A DNA stretch of 64,000 bases from Paramoeba atlantica (Eukaryota; Protista; Discosea): assembly GCA_977017575.1 (NCBI GenBank), contig CDRNVI010000053.1:372001-436000 (forward strand), given 5' to 3'. Within the stretch, counting starts at the first letter, position 1, and every line of letters begins with the position of its first letter. This document shows positions 10,397 to 21,770 of this stretch, one piece after another. The notes under the pieces were generated by a model. That model was not told the origin of the DNA, searched no databases, and was given only the letters and a program-made list of their open reading frames with translations. The position numbers and the translations under genes were made by a program.

Positions 10397-12355
10397 ATGG
10401 CTGTAAACAAGATACAAAAAGAATTAAAGAAAACTTCTATAAGCGTTTCACCTGATCCCGCTTCCAAGTACTCTGACGTTAATCTTTCTGCAAAGACTGT
10501 ATTCGAGGATCTGGAAATAGCTCCTCGTCTTTTGCAGGGTGTTAAAGCTATGAATTTAACAGAACCGACCGCCATTCAAAGCGCGGCATGGAAAAGCGTT
10601 ACAGATCCTGATTGTCGTGACATTGTAATACACGCTGAAACAGGAAGTGGCAAGACTCTCAGTTATCTTCTTCCTCTCGTGAATTTGCTTTTGCGGGAGA
10701 ACAAGCTAGACGGCCAACCCCCAATAACGCGCTCGATGGGTGTACTTTTACTTGTGTTGGTTCCCACTCGCGAGTTGGTCACACAGGTGTTAAACGTATG
10801 CCGCACTCTATTGCGGTATATTCCCTTTCTCATTCCAGGGTGTGTAATGGGCGGTGAGGCAAAGACAAAAGAGAAGGCGCGACTACGTAGAGGGAACCAT
10901 ATATTGGTCGCGACACCGGGCCGACTTTTGGATCACATGCGCAGTACACAGAGTTTTATATTGTCGCATCTAAAGTTCATTGCGTTAGACGAAGCTGACC
11001 GCCTACTCAGCGAGGGCTTCGAACAAGACATTAGAACTTTTAGTGAAATTATAGGAGACAAACTTGGTGATAAAGAGCTCTGCAAGAAAATTCTGATTTC
11101 CGCAATGCTGACGTCTTCGGTACTTCGGCTAACTCACTTCATGCTGCGAAACCCGACTGTAGTACGTGTAGGAAGTGAACAGGGGAGCATTGATAGTACG
11201 AAACTTGCGCAATGTCAAACGATGAAGAGTGATTCCATAGGTGCCGGCATGCCCCATACAGTGATTGATAGAGAGAGCATCATCATACCTAGTGCACTCG
11301 AACAAGCTTACGTTATTTGTCCAGCGAAGCATCGTTGTGTTATCCTGATTGCATTTTTGTTTGATCACCTTTTTCGCGATTCAATACCATCCGACCATGC
11401 GCGGTATGAAGTGTATCCCCCTGTAGGAAAAGTTATTGTTTTTGTAAATACAACGGCCGAAGTGGAATTCCTATATCTTTTGCTTTCAAAGTTGTCAGTA
11501 CCTTCCCTATGGAACTCAACACGACATGCTACTCGATTTTCTTCACACAATTCCGTAGATGGTGGGGATGAAGGTATTTGGCATTCTGGTCAAAACACAG
11601 TTTTGGGCTCCAGCAACACAGAAGATTTTACTCTTTTTCGGCATGTCAATGTTTACCAATTGCATGGTTCCATGACGCAAAATGACCGAAATGCTGTTTT
11701 CAAATCTTTTGACGCGCAAATTAGTGGAGTACTTGTTTGCACCGATGTGGCCGCAAGAGGTTTGGACATTGCCGAGGTCCAAAGCGTAGTTCACTATGAT
11801 CCCCCACTCGACGAGACGATGTACATTCACAGAACAGGACGTACAGCTCGTATGGGTCATAAAGGTAGCTCTTGTATTTTTCTTTTACCGCACGAGGCTG
11901 AGTTTGTTGATCATTTGCTTTCTCTTGGTGTTGTCGTAGAGCGCAAGAGTCACTTTAACTGGTTATATGGTTTATTACGTGCCAGTGGTCTTTCCAAGAC
12001 TAATACTATATGGGACTGTGCTCATCAACTGCAGCAAGAAGTCCAAGGAGTTGTCGGACGGAACCAGAGAGTAAATAGTGCTGCAACTTCCGCATTTATC
12101 CAATGGAGAGCGGCCTATTCAACTTACGCATCTCACTTACGCAAGTTTTTTGATGCAAAAGAGATTCATCTCGGATTTCTTGCACGTTCTTTTGGGCTTG
12201 CAATGCCTCCAAGCCAGATAGGACGTTTTGCAATGAAAAACAACACACTGGAAGGCAAACGAGGCAAATCCTATCCAGAGTACGGTGAATGTAGCAAGAA
12301 GAAAAAAATTGATACTGCTGTTCGAGATAATTCTTCGCTTTCTGAATTTATGTAA
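10397..12355 (+). CDS. DBP7: DEAD-box RNA helicase DBP7/DDX31
   Basis: AETGSGKT, PTREL, GGEAKTKEKARLRRG..ILVATPGRLLDH (DBP7-typical), DEAD, SA, HRTGRTAR. First ATG is 10397. Confidence 0.88.
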   Translation: MAVNKIQKELKKTSISVSPDPASKYSDVNLSAKTVFEDLEIAPRLLQGVKAMNLTEPTAIQSAAWKSVTDPDCRDIVIHAETGSGKTLSYLLPLVNLLLRENKLDGQPPITRSMGVLLLVLVPTRELVTQVLNVCRTLLRYIPFLIPGCVMGGEAKTKEKARLRRGNHILVATPGRLLDHMRSTQSFILSHLKFIALDEADRLLSEGFEQDIRTFSEIIGDKLGDKELCKKILISAMLTSSVLRLTHFMLRNPTVVRVGSEQGSIDSTKLAQCQTMKSDSIGAGMPHTVIDRESIIIPSALEQAYVICPAKHRCVILIAFLFDHLFRDSIPSDHARYEVYPPVGKVIVFVNTTAEVEFLYLLLSKLSVPSLWNSTRHATRFSSHNSVDGGDEGIWHSGQNTVLGSSNTEDFTLFRHVNVYQLHGSMTQNDRNAVFKSFDAQISGVLVCTDVAARGLDIAEVQSVVHYDPPLDETMYIHRTGRTARMGHKGSSCIFLLPHEAEFVDHLLSLGVVVERKSHFNWLYGLLRASGLSKTNTIWDCAHQLQQEVQGVVGRNQRVNSAATSAFIQWRAAYSTYASHLRKFFDAKEIHLGFLARSFGLAMPPSQIGRFAMKNNTLEGKRGKSYPEYGECSKKKKIDTAVRDNSSLSEFM

Positions 12356-12571
12356 GAGGTTAATCATGATCACCAGAAGTAGATAGCACACGTGCTCTCA
12401 TCGGGCGTGGCGATCGGTATTACCATGACCGTCAAGCACAAATAGAGCACAAGATAAAAAGAATTACACCTTATTACGGTGCCAACAACATGTTGGTTGG
12501 TTACGACTTAAACAAAGCTTTGAACCAAAAGTAAGATCTAACATGTTTTAATTTTTTGTACACTTACGATC

Positions 12572-13147
12572 ATGTTCAAACGTTTGAGCGATAGAGTACT
12601 TTCGAGTTGGCGTGGCGGAATATTTACTGGAATAGGGGCGGTAATGGGTTGCGGAGGTGTAGTCTACTTATTAAGACATCCGTTGCGTTCGGACACGGTA
12701 CATCAGACTGCGGATGTCGCTAGTGAAGCATTGAGCGACATACGACTGCGCCAACAGGCAATCGTATTATCCAAAGAAGTCGTGAATAATATTCTACGGA
12801 ATGATGAAAGTTTAAATTTGTTAAAAGATCTCCTATTGAGGCTTCTGCAGCAAGAAGAGACCCGAAATGGATTGATGATGCTCCTTCACGGCGTCTTTGA
12901 AGATCCTTACTTTCAGGAGACCACCAAAAAATTCGTCGTTCGTATACTCAGCGATGCATGGATTATGGAGCGCTTAACTCAGATGACACATGAATTAGGA
13001 GGTGATCTCCTTGCTAATGAAACTACGAAGTCGCAAATGGTTGAATTCTTGCAGTCTACTGCAGGAACCGCCATAGAATCACAAGAAGTTAAGGAGAAAG
13101 CTATGAGCACTGGCCGTGAAATTGTTTGGGGAGTTTTTTGGAAATGA
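12572..13147 (+). CDS. Hypothetical membrane-anchored helical protein (probably mitochondrial)
   Basis: 191 aa. Basic N-terminal leader, TM segment GIFTGIGAVMGCGGVVYLL, amphipathic helices. Confidence 0.75.
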   Translation: MFKRLSDRVLSSWRGGIFTGIGAVMGCGGVVYLLRHPLRSDTVHQTADVASEALSDIRLRQQAIVLSKEVVNNILRNDESLNLLKDLLLRLLQQEETRNGLMMLLHGVFEDPYFQETTKKFVVRILSDAWIMERLTQMTHELGGDLLANETTKSQMVEFLQSTAGTAIESQEVKEKAMSTGREIVWGVFWK

Positions 13148-13729
13148 GTCACATTTTCTCTTGTCCTGCTAGTATGTAATTGTTTTACTCCGTTCAGTAC
13201 TTTCCCTGTCTCATGACATAATTTGGAAGTAAACTTAAAATATGCACCTATGGCGACCAATGTGGAAAACAGCAAGGCGATTCGATAACAAGCCTCCACA
13301 GTAAAATTCACAACGTTATAAACGTTTATAACAACGGAACACTTTCGCGGAACTTTACGTCGGCTATAGCCCAACATGTATGTAAATTTCTGATGACTGT
13401 TACCGAAGATAACGACAAATAACATTCTCCAAATAAGATTCGTCATTTACAATTTGTAAGAGGAATGTATGTAATCGGGTAGTGAAATCTGAAATTTTCA
13501 GCTGTGTGATATGTATGTTTTGTCCCTCTTATATTGGTATTGTTGATTAAAGAGCAGATTCAAGAATAATAGACTAAGCGACGTTTCTGACACAATGTGT
13601 TCTACGTATTGCTACGACAATGAAAATAGGGGTCCGAATAACTTTAAAACTTTATGACTTTAAAGGAACTATTTTTTTTTGTACCTTGCATTGCTTTTCT
13701 CTCTGAGATATTTATTGTTAATGTTCACT

Positions 13730-13812
13730 TCGTTAAACGCGATGATTGTTTTCAGTGAAGAAGTCACCACTGCTACGCGCATCGCGTTGAAAACTACCGC
13801 CGCGTTTAACGA
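13730..13812. repeat. Inverted pair of a 25-bp motif (TCGTTAAAYGCGRYGRTWGTTTTCA)
   Basis: Copy at 13730-13754 (+) and 13788-13812 (-). Further copies at 13887-13910 and 3794-3818. Confidence 0.7.
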
Positions 13813-14469
13813 GGACAATATACATATTGTATAGTATAAATAACGAACTTCGTAGAAACGGCATAAATGTCAGCGTGCTAACTGCTTCGTTAAAAAGCGG
13901 TGGTTGTTGGTAAACGGGCTTCGCAAATTGCTTCCCACTAACAACGTCGCGTATGGAAGAAAATATAACCGTCGGGAGTGGAACCTGTGACCACCAGATT
14001 ACAAACGGCGGGTCTTATTAAATGGACTATCTGGTTCGACTCCTGAGACCTACGTTTTCGAGCACCGTGATTTGTGCCCAAATCGAGGCTGGGGGGGGGG
14101 GGCTAGACCCCCTTTTCTCACTCTCCTGGATCCATCCTACCCCGGACACCATAAAGAAGGGAGAGGCAGAGGTTGTAAACAACCCCCGCAATAAACATGA
14201 TACTTCGAATGTGCATTTACTTGTGCGCTTGCGAAGGCATTCTACTTGATTCCTCGATTGATGTTAATCTAACGTTGTGTGCTTGTATAAAATACGGTCG
14301 TTTAATGCAGTACCTGTATTCGAAAACGAAGAGAATTGTTTTGCGACTGAAAATTAGTTAAATCCTAGGAAAGAAAAAGGGATTGCTCAGTGCACAGATA
14401 AGTACAAAAGGTATATCGAAAGATCGTTTTTCAATACGTGGCGATTTATAGACCAGGAAAAATTTTTAC

Positions 14470-15594
14470 ATGGAATGGAGTCGACATACCGAAGAAGCAA
14501 GTGGAGAGCTGTTCTGGTGGAACTCGCGCTATCAAATATGTGTCTGGAACAGAGGGTTGAGCATTTCGACGAGCGAAAAAAATACAGCATCCTTGCGGGA
14601 CGACGATATCTGGTGTAGTTTCCTACGTGCCAAATCACGGTGTGTCTACACATTATGCATTTTCTGTTCGATGGGTCCCTACGTTGACAACTTGTGTATC
14701 TGTGTGCGGTGCGCTGGCACAGTACACTTCCAATGTTCAACTTCTTGCGAGGAATGCGAGGATGCCAATCTCTCTTCTACAACTATGCCTTCAAGCATGC
14801 GGAGAATCTGCCACACTTGTGTATCGCAAAGTGTTAGATTAAAGACTTTGTACACGGGTTCATCACATAGTGAATTGTTACAAATCATGTGGAGACTGGA
14901 AAAAAATTCTGTTGAGTATCCACAAAGCGTGAGACATAGTCTACTACAAATAAAGAAAATGCGTTACACAGATCAATCCATTGCGATTAAACAAGTGCAA
15001 AATATTATGTACATTTTCCATCATCCTTTGAATACTCTACGCCTTCAAAGAGCTTGCGTCAAGTCCAAAGGTGGGGTGTTCGGAGTGTATGCCCTACAAA
15101 GCATACCACGCTACACTCACGTCGGCATTTACCCGGGATATACGGACATTTTTGCCACTGAACAGTGTTATCGAGGCCGAAAACCTCCGAAATATACCTT
15201 GCTAGGCCTCAATTGTGCCGATTATAATAATCAAGTTTTTCCAGAATTCGAATCGACGTTCCTTCCATATCTCAATGAGCCCTCGCCAGGTGAATCTGCC
15301 AATTGTGCCTGGATTCAAGAGCATAATGTTGCTGAAGGTAGGCTCAGCGTCTTAACTGTTAAAAATGTGTCAAAAGGAGATGAGCTACTCGTAGGATACG
15401 GACCTTTGTACGACAGGTTATATCCATTTGAGTACGACTCATACTCGTTTCATAAAACGGAAACGATGCTATCGGGAAACTATTTTGTGCTCGGTCATTC
15501 TACATGCGCTGAAGCTGAAAGCAATGTGGTCGGTTATGTATTATGGGATGCTGCAACTCGGGAGTACAGTGAAGTGAAAATTGCCGAATTCTGA
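14470..15594 (+). CDS. PHD-finger plus SET-domain protein
   Basis: C4HC3 pattern CIFC...CVRC...HFQC...CHTC. SET motifs: GVFGVYALQSIP, VGIYPG, YLNEPSPGESANC, VKNVSKGDELLVGYG. Confidence 0.78.
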   Translation: MEWSRHTEEASGELFWWNSRYQICVWNRGLSISTSEKNTASLRDDDIWCSFLRAKSRCVYTLCIFCSMGPYVDNLCICVRCAGTVHFQCSTSCEECEDANLSSTTMPSSMRRICHTCVSQSVRLKTLYTGSSHSELLQIMWRLEKNSVEYPQSVRHSLLQIKKMRYTDQSIAIKQVQNIMYIFHHPLNTLRLQRACVKSKGGVFGVYALQSIPRYTHVGIYPGYTDIFATEQCYRGRKPPKYTLLGLNCADYNNQVFPEFESTFLPYLNEPSPGESANCAWIQEHNVAEGRLSVLTVKNVSKGDELLVGYGPLYDRLYPFEYDSYSFHKTETMLSGNYFVLGHSTCAEAESNVVGYVLWDAATREYSEVKIAEF

Positions 15595-16067
15595 CATACG
15601 TGTAATTTCCTGATATGAAACGTTCTGGAAAAAATAGCGTTAGCGGGCGAAGAGTGCTTTTCGCGCTAGTGGACATTTTTTTTCAAACTAAGTTCATCTT
15701 GCACAGCTACGGGCATCACACCATATGGGCATGACAACAACATGCGCAAACAGCTTCTGACGCCAACAACCTTCTTATAGAACACTTCTCGTCAGAAAAT
15801 GCATAACGTGCATGAGAACGGGCAAAGTGGAGAGTGAGTAACAATAAGAAAATAACTAAGTACAAAACATGGAAAAGTGGGTGCAATATAAGTGGTCATT
15901 ACCCAAAATGTCTTATAGTTTAGATACAGATTTCGATATTTCGGATTTATTGGTGATGTAGAATGCTCACGGCATTGTACATCGTTATCGGCTTTCCATT
16001 TCTTCTCGTTTCTTATTCAGTCTTTTACATCAATTCAGTAGTAAATTAGAACAGTCGGTGAGGTATC

Positions 16068-16808
16068 ATGAGACAGAGCTTGTACGCCTGTATGGACGAG
16101 TGTGCATCTGCCAAAACGGATGAAAAGTTCTCTGTTCGCAGGCAACAAAGTGCAAAAGTTAGAGGTGCGATTATTCCAGCTGAATATGCCATGGAGAAAT
16201 TTCTGCAAACGATCCAACACACACAGCCTGCATGGAGCACGAATACTCCAATATGTGAATGGCCTGGTATCCTATGCGACACCAAATTGCAGGTCGAGTC
16301 GATCAAGTGGACCTCTCAAGATCTCAGTGGCACAGTGCGTTGTAGCATGGTGCCTTCTACAGTAGAGAAGCTGAATCTGTCCAATAACCTTCTGACGGGA
16401 TCGCTGCATTTGGCAGATTTGCCGTATTGTTTACAACAGTTTCATGCGCATCATAATGATTTTGAGGGAAATTTGGAGCTTGCAGATCTACCTCCCCATA
16501 TGGAGAGGCTTATGTTAAGTAGTAATCGGTTTTCTGGTTCGATCGATCTGCGCCACTTGCCGAACTTGCTCCAGTCATTGTGGATTGATCGAAATCTTCT
16601 TACAGGATCGCTAGAGCTCGATGCATTGCCCTCGCAATTGCGTATCCTTAAACTAAGTGACAACCTATTTTCTGGGTGCGTCAAATTTCCTGAAGTACTT
16701 CCCTCGTGCCTCATTGAGATCAACATCAATCGCAATGCGCTGCATATTCCTTCTTCCCTTCCCTGTGGTGTGGTAGGCTGGGATCAAGACACCTCACGTA
16801 TTCAGTAA
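16068..16808 (+). CDS. Leucine-rich repeat protein (plant-type LRR with WxxxTPICEWPGILC cap)
   Basis: Repeats such as LNLSNNLLTGSLHLADLP, LSSNRFSGSIDLRHLP, IDRNLLTGSLELDALP. Confidence 0.88.
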   Translation: MRQSLYACMDECASAKTDEKFSVRRQQSAKVRGAIIPAEYAMEKFLQTIQHTQPAWSTNTPICEWPGILCDTKLQVESIKWTSQDLSGTVRCSMVPSTVEKLNLSNNLLTGSLHLADLPYCLQQFHAHHNDFEGNLELADLPPHMERLMLSSNRFSGSIDLRHLPNLLQSLWIDRNLLTGSLELDALPSQLRILKLSDNLFSGCVKFPEVLPSCLIEININRNALHIPSSLPCGVVGWDQDTSRIQ

Positions 16809-17120
16809 GTGAAGTTGTGCAATTCTTGAATATTTTAAATGAACATTATGTCGTTTATTCAAAGATCCCTCATAAATTTCAGAACGTTTGTGGAAAAGTG
16901 TTGTTGTCCTAGCACTATACAGTCGTACCTTATTAATGATATGACAGTAACGGAGAAAAACGATGCTATAACTCTACGTAATACTAAACGTTTTTGCTAT
17001 GTATGGTAGGATAAGTAAGGTACAAAGTAAGTAAGGTAAGTAGTAACGTACTACCAGATTGTACATGTAGTACTGCGTAAACATCTTTCTAATATTATTC
17101 AGTTTATTGCTTTGAAAGTG

Positions 17121-18110
17121 ATGACGTACGATCACACGAATCCTACAGTTAAGCGACTTTTGAGGGAATTAAAGAGCATGACAGAAGCAACATCTCCATA
17201 TTTTCTTGCGTATCCATTGGAGGACAATCTTTTTTGTTGGCATTTTACTCTACTTGGTCCGCCTGACTCACCGTACGCCGTTGGCTATTACCATGGGAAA
17301 CTTTTAGTGCCCTCAAATTATCCTTTTTCTCCTCCCGACATCGTTTTGCTCACTCCCAGCGGTCGGTTTCAAACAAACAAAAAAATATGCGTCTCTATTT
17401 CTTCTCATCATCCCGAGAACTGGAAGGTGACATATAACTTGCATACTGTGTTACTTGCGCTTCGCGAATTTATGTCAACTGCGGGTAACAATGCTATAGG
17501 AGCATTAGAATATCCGGACGCAGTGCGAAAGGAGCTAGCGAAGAATAGTTGGGACTTTGTGTGTCATTTATGTGGCCAATCCATCGCATCGCATAGGGAC
17601 AATTTACAAAAAAATGAACGAAATTTAAGTCACCAAGATGATTCCGCAGAAACAATTGCTTTTGTGTATGGCTCGCCAGCTGAATCACATATTACTCCGG
17701 ATAATGATTCAGAAACTCTCGAAGGTCATGACGAAATTTCCCCAACTTTGGAACCGTTACATGATACAACTTCCCAGGTCGTACGGCGGAGTGATTCACT
17801 AAATGCTGCACAAACCCTTGATGAGGGTGGGATTTCGGAGCCTTCTGGTGGCGACTCTTGTGAGCATCTACTAAGCAATGTTAACTCCGAGAAAAACGTA
17901 TCAAAAAGATCTCAAGACGTGGGAGAAAATGCATCGCTGCAAGCTGTACGTACAAAAGAGCCCGCGACAAATGAACTTTGTCAAGTTGTCATCAACGCTG
18001 AAACATTAGACTGGAGTATTGCTTTTGTCCTGCTTGCCATTTTTGCAATCCTGATAAAGAAATGGTTGAGCGGTACGTTGGATGACGTTGCTATTTTTGC
18101 CCACGTATAG
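17121..18110 (+). CDS. UBC6: ER ubiquitin-conjugating enzyme UBC6/UBE2J
   Basis: PLEDNLFCWHFTLLGPPDSPY..GYYHGKL, PPDIVLLTPSGRFQTNKKICVSISSHHPENW, C-terminal TM anchor. First ATG is 17121. Confidence 0.92.
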   Translation: MTYDHTNPTVKRLLRELKSMTEATSPYFLAYPLEDNLFCWHFTLLGPPDSPYAVGYYHGKLLVPSNYPFSPPDIVLLTPSGRFQTNKKICVSISSHHPENWKVTYNLHTVLLALREFMSTAGNNAIGALEYPDAVRKELAKNSWDFVCHLCGQSIASHRDNLQKNERNLSHQDDSAETIAFVYGSPAESHITPDNDSETLEGHDEISPTLEPLHDTTSQVVRRSDSLNAAQTLDEGGISEPSGGDSCEHLLSNVNSEKNVSKRSQDVGENASLQAVRTKEPATNELCQVVINAETLDWSIAFVLLAIFAILIKKWLSGTLDDVAIFAHV

Positions 18111-18336
18111 AAATACAAAAGCATGGTATCCTGCATAATGAACTACTGTTCTTACTGTAAATACACTGTTGCTACTGTGACCCCACTATACTTTTCACGA
18201 AAGGAAAAAATAATACTAAGGGTGTAGCAAAGATTAACTCTATACGTTTCACTAAAACTTATGCATAGTGCAGACTTCTGTAATTGGGCTAGATGCAAAC
18301 TCGTTTCTTGAATTCATATTTACTACTCGAGTTCTC

Positions 18337-19632
18337 ATGAGTGCACCGAGTAGTCGCTTTTTTTGCCCCGTATATTGCAAGAGATCCGAAGCAAACGATG
18401 TCCTTCTTGTTTGCGTTCAGAAAAATGTTTGCACTGCATGTTTATTCTCAGAGTTCCATCCGCGTGAAACTAAACATGAAACGTCCCGTTATTTTAAAAT
18501 AACAACAGGGCCTAGTGAATGTGACGATGTCACACTCTTTATTTCGCAAGAAGATACACTGCATTTCACAGAAGATCAAACTTTAGCATGTTGTACTCTT
18601 TTGTCGCTACATGGCAAGTATTGCCTCTTCTGGCAAGTAGTTCTGGAGTGGGATGGATGCTTTCGAGTCAAACAAGTTCATTTTAGCCATATCTCGAGCG
18701 CTTTTCCCAAGCGTCTGACCTGTGCTCATTTCCTTGACCTTGCAGCGACAAAACCGAGTGAAGCAGTCTGCGTACTTATTGGCGACGCCACAGGTTGTGT
18801 TTTCGAAGTACAGTGGCGGGGAGTAGGCGGTTCAGATCTTGTCTGCACGTCCACAAAAGGCTTTGCACACATCTCAAGCATTACCGCGATTGCGACTCAC
18901 CGGTTGAATTCCTCACTTGCTGATGCATGTCACGCTGCACGGTCTGTCACCCACAGCACGAACTTTACCCCATCACATTTGGTTGCAACCGCAGATAAAG
19001 ATGGGAAGATTCGGGTCTGTAGTCTCCCTCAGCCCCATTACCTACTTTGTGTCTGTCTCATGCACGAGCCAACAACCGTTAGTGGTCTTTTGCTCCATCC
19101 TACCCACTACCATGAACGAGAAGATAAAGAAGAAACCCAACTGCTGTGCTTCTCCAGTACGACAAATGGGACACTTGTCGTGCATCATGTCCTAAGCGGT
19201 GAGATTTTGCATATTATACGACAGTGGTCGGAAGTTCCTTTTTCTGTGGGTCAGAGTATGACCCACTCGGGGTACCGTGTTGTAGCACACTTCGTCAAAT
19301 ATGATGAAAGATCGCTAGATTTCTTTGTAGTTGTCGCAGACGGTGGCGTAAATTTCCGCGCAGCCAAGGCATGCGCTTATAGAGGTGAGCATGGTAAATG
19401 GTTGGTTGATAGTGCCCCGTTGTCTAGTGTAGAAAAGAAAGTGATTAGTGCGGATAGTGTCGCTTATGCAAGCAAGTATCTTTGCGAAACAACAGGTCTT
19501 TTCACTTCTTCGGAGAATTTTATACAGAAATATGCGCTATTTTATACTGCAGAGTGCATTGGTCGGAAAAGTACTGCGGTAAGAATGGAATGGGAAGACA
19601 TTACTTCCGACTTTTTGTCGTATATTTCGTAG
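18337..19632 (+). CDS. TRM82: WD40 protein, tRNA m7G46 methyltransferase subunit TRM82/WDR4-like
   Basis: VATADKDGKIRVCSLPQPHYLLCVCLMH resembles WDR4 TADRDEKIRVS..PH.IE.FCLGH. Also AHISSITAI. First ATG is 18337. Confidence 0.65.
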   Translation: MSAPSSRFFCPVYCKRSEANDVLLVCVQKNVCTACLFSEFHPRETKHETSRYFKITTGPSECDDVTLFISQEDTLHFTEDQTLACCTLLSLHGKYCLFWQVVLEWDGCFRVKQVHFSHISSAFPKRLTCAHFLDLAATKPSEAVCVLIGDATGCVFEVQWRGVGGSDLVCTSTKGFAHISSITAIATHRLNSSLADACHAARSVTHSTNFTPSHLVATADKDGKIRVCSLPQPHYLLCVCLMHEPTTVSGLLLHPTHYHEREDKEETQLLCFSSTTNGTLVVHHVLSGEILHIIRQWSEVPFSVGQSMTHSGYRVVAHFVKYDERSLDFFVVVADGGVNFRAAKACAYRGEHGKWLVDSAPLSSVEKKVISADSVAYASKYLCETTGLFTSSENFIQKYALFYTAECIGRKSTAVRMEWEDITSDFLSYIS

Positions 19633-20027
19633 GGAAGGTTGTTGACTGCCCCAAAAAATCTTTTAAAAGTCGCTTACACAAGGGCGAGGCTTCTTGGGTT
19701 CGTGCTTCCTTTTTTCGAGTGCTGTCTTGAAATGGAAACACGATTTACAAAAAATGGAGCACTAGCGTAGTAATGCCGTTCGAATATAGTTTCTTGCTTC
19801 CCGGCTTGAATTATGGTGTATGTAACCCTTCTTTTAAAAAGAGTTCTTGTAAAAGGCGGCATTATGTATAATAATTTTTTTTATAATTATTGGTAATTAT
19901 TAACGTCATAATTTTAACTGCTGCTATGGAGACATACAGGACTTTACACTGCAGTGTTTTAATTTGAACATTTTTTTTACATGTAGTGCATAAGTACGAT
20001 AAAACATTGGGTTTAATTGATTACCGA

Positions 20028-20378
20028 ATGGGGATGGAGAGCAGTATTTTAAATGTCAAAAAAATTCTTGACGAAGAACTGAAATCTTGGCGTCGGGAAC
20101 CGAGAAATAAAACGACTGAGCTTTCGAGCCCCGAAAAAAAATATAATTGCGCTGTGCAGAATGAGTCGGCGAAGCTTGATAGAAATCTTCCCTTTGATGG
20201 ATATAGCTACTATGATGCACTCATGCCACCTAGCAAATACGCACGTCTTTTCAACTGTGTTGAATGTGACAAAGCATCACAGGGATTGTATCGCTGTGTT
20301 CGATGTTCAGCCAAATACTGTTCTCTAAGATGTCGAGATTTACATGAAGAAACGAGTTGTACAAACTTGAAGCTCTAA
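20028..20378 (+). CDS. SWC6: zf-HIT protein, SWC6/VPS71/ZNHIT1-like
   Basis: YYDALMPPS...CVEC...YRCVRCSAKYCSLRCRDLHEETSC matches the ZNHIT1 C-terminus. First ATG is 20028. Confidence 0.7.
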   Translation: MGMESSILNVKKILDEELKSWRREPRNKTTELSSPEKKYNCAVQNESAKLDRNLPFDGYSYYDALMPPSKYARLFNCVECDKASQGLYRCVRCSAKYCSLRCRDLHEETSCTNLKL

Positions 20379-20696
20379 ATTTTCTGTATTGTATCAGTAA
20401 ACGGAATATAATACATGTTCCTGGTCATACATACAGGATATGTAGGCCTAGGGGGGTGCGCACGAAAAAAAAAGATATACTTAACCGACTGTGTTCACTC
20501 CATGTTAAGTATTGCAGATTTATCAACCTAGATACACAACGTATTCTTGATTGTTATGCGACCAACATAACATTACATGCGACCAACATAACATTACATC
20601 AAACACATGATTGTTGAAACTTCATTTAATTGATGTACATTATACTTGCGAATTACATGAAATGTCCGCATAATTCAGCCCTATTACACTACTGTC

Positions 20697-21770
20697 ATGC
20701 AGGTTTCGGCACGATTGCTGCACCACGCTGATAGGCCGAAGTTAGAACACCTGTCCCGGCGCCTTACTGAACTAGTCCGTCTTAGCTCTTCTCGTGCAAT
20801 TGACCCTAGCATCGCACGCCAAACATACGAGGCTATGGAGCTCCTCGGCGTACGCTCCCCGAACCTTCACCTCTGGGTGCTGCAGAAACCACCTACCTCT
20901 TCATGCTGCCAATTTACAGTTGAGATGGCTCGCTTTCCTGAAGTTTTTTTCTGCAGAGAAATATTTTCTGTAGTACAGCGGCTACTGCCTTCTGAGGTGA
21001 TTCGTATGTTGGGTATTGCATATCGAATGCGTCAGAATATTCAAAACTCTGTTGTGAATGAAAGCCCGTTTACGTGCGTTGGTGGGTCACAAGGTGAGAG
21101 CGTCGGTTCCGCTGTACTTCCTTTCGCTGCAGATCGAGAGGACCATATAGAGGAGGTTGTAGCCCAATGTGCAAAGCGGATCACTGAGCTTCGAACAGCA
21201 TTGTCAGCTCGTGAACTTGCAGCTTCTCTTACTCGATTCGAAAGCTTAGGCTTTTTCGGAAAATGCACGCGCCAGGAGCTTTTGAACAACTTACTGCGAC
21301 GGTTTTGGTGTGTTATAGATGATTCTTCATCAGGCTGTCTCCGTGACATTTTACTCACATTCACAACCCATTTTTCGAGACTCCCTAAAGACAGTGTTCC
21401 GGATATACTGGAAGCTGTAGCTCAACGCGCTGTAGATTGCCTTGGAGAAGCTTTGACAACGCAGGAAAACGTTTCGCAGTCCTTCGAAGGGTCGAAACGG
21501 CATGTTCAGAGTCATAAAGAACGGCAAAAAGTTTTATCTAATACTCTGGAAATAATATCATTATGTCATAGCTTTGGCTGGGAACACAATGGACTAAATA
21601 ACGCAGTTCGTTACTTTGTGGAAACAGAACCTCCAGAAACTGGTGAGCACATTACGGCACTGGTCGACGAAAAAGACAACAAGAATGATCAATGGAAAAA
21701 ATGGTGTTCCTTGCTTCTCCCACAGCAACGTAAATTACTTGAGCTGTTGATGCAGCTCCCGGGAGCTTAA
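20697..21770 (+). CDS. Hypothetical helical protein (possibly mitochondrial)
   Basis: 357-aa ATG ORF on the coding strand with an Arg-rich leader. No family recognised. Confidence 0.65.
   Translation: MQVSARLLHHADRPKLEHLSRRLTELVRLSSSRAIDPSIARQTYEAMELLGVRSPNLHLWVLQKPPTSSCCQFTVEMARFPEVFFCREIFSVVQRLLPSEVIRMLGIAYRMRQNIQNSVVNESPFTCVGGSQGESVGSAVLPFAADREDHIEEVVAQCAKRITELRTALSARELAASLTRFESLGFFGKCTRQELLNNLLRRFWCVIDDSSSGCLRDILLTFTTHFSRLPKDSVPDILEAVAQRAVDCLGEALTTQENVSQSFEGSKRHVQSHKERQKVLSNTLEIISLCHSFGWEHNGLNNAVRYFVETEPPETGEHITALVDEKDNKNDQWKKWCSLLLPQQRKLLELLMQLPGA

Noticed and set aside
12979-13446. Minus-strand ORF with a hydrophobic stretch
   Set aside because: It overlaps the 3' end of a + strand gene, has no recognisable family and is antisense to the cluster.
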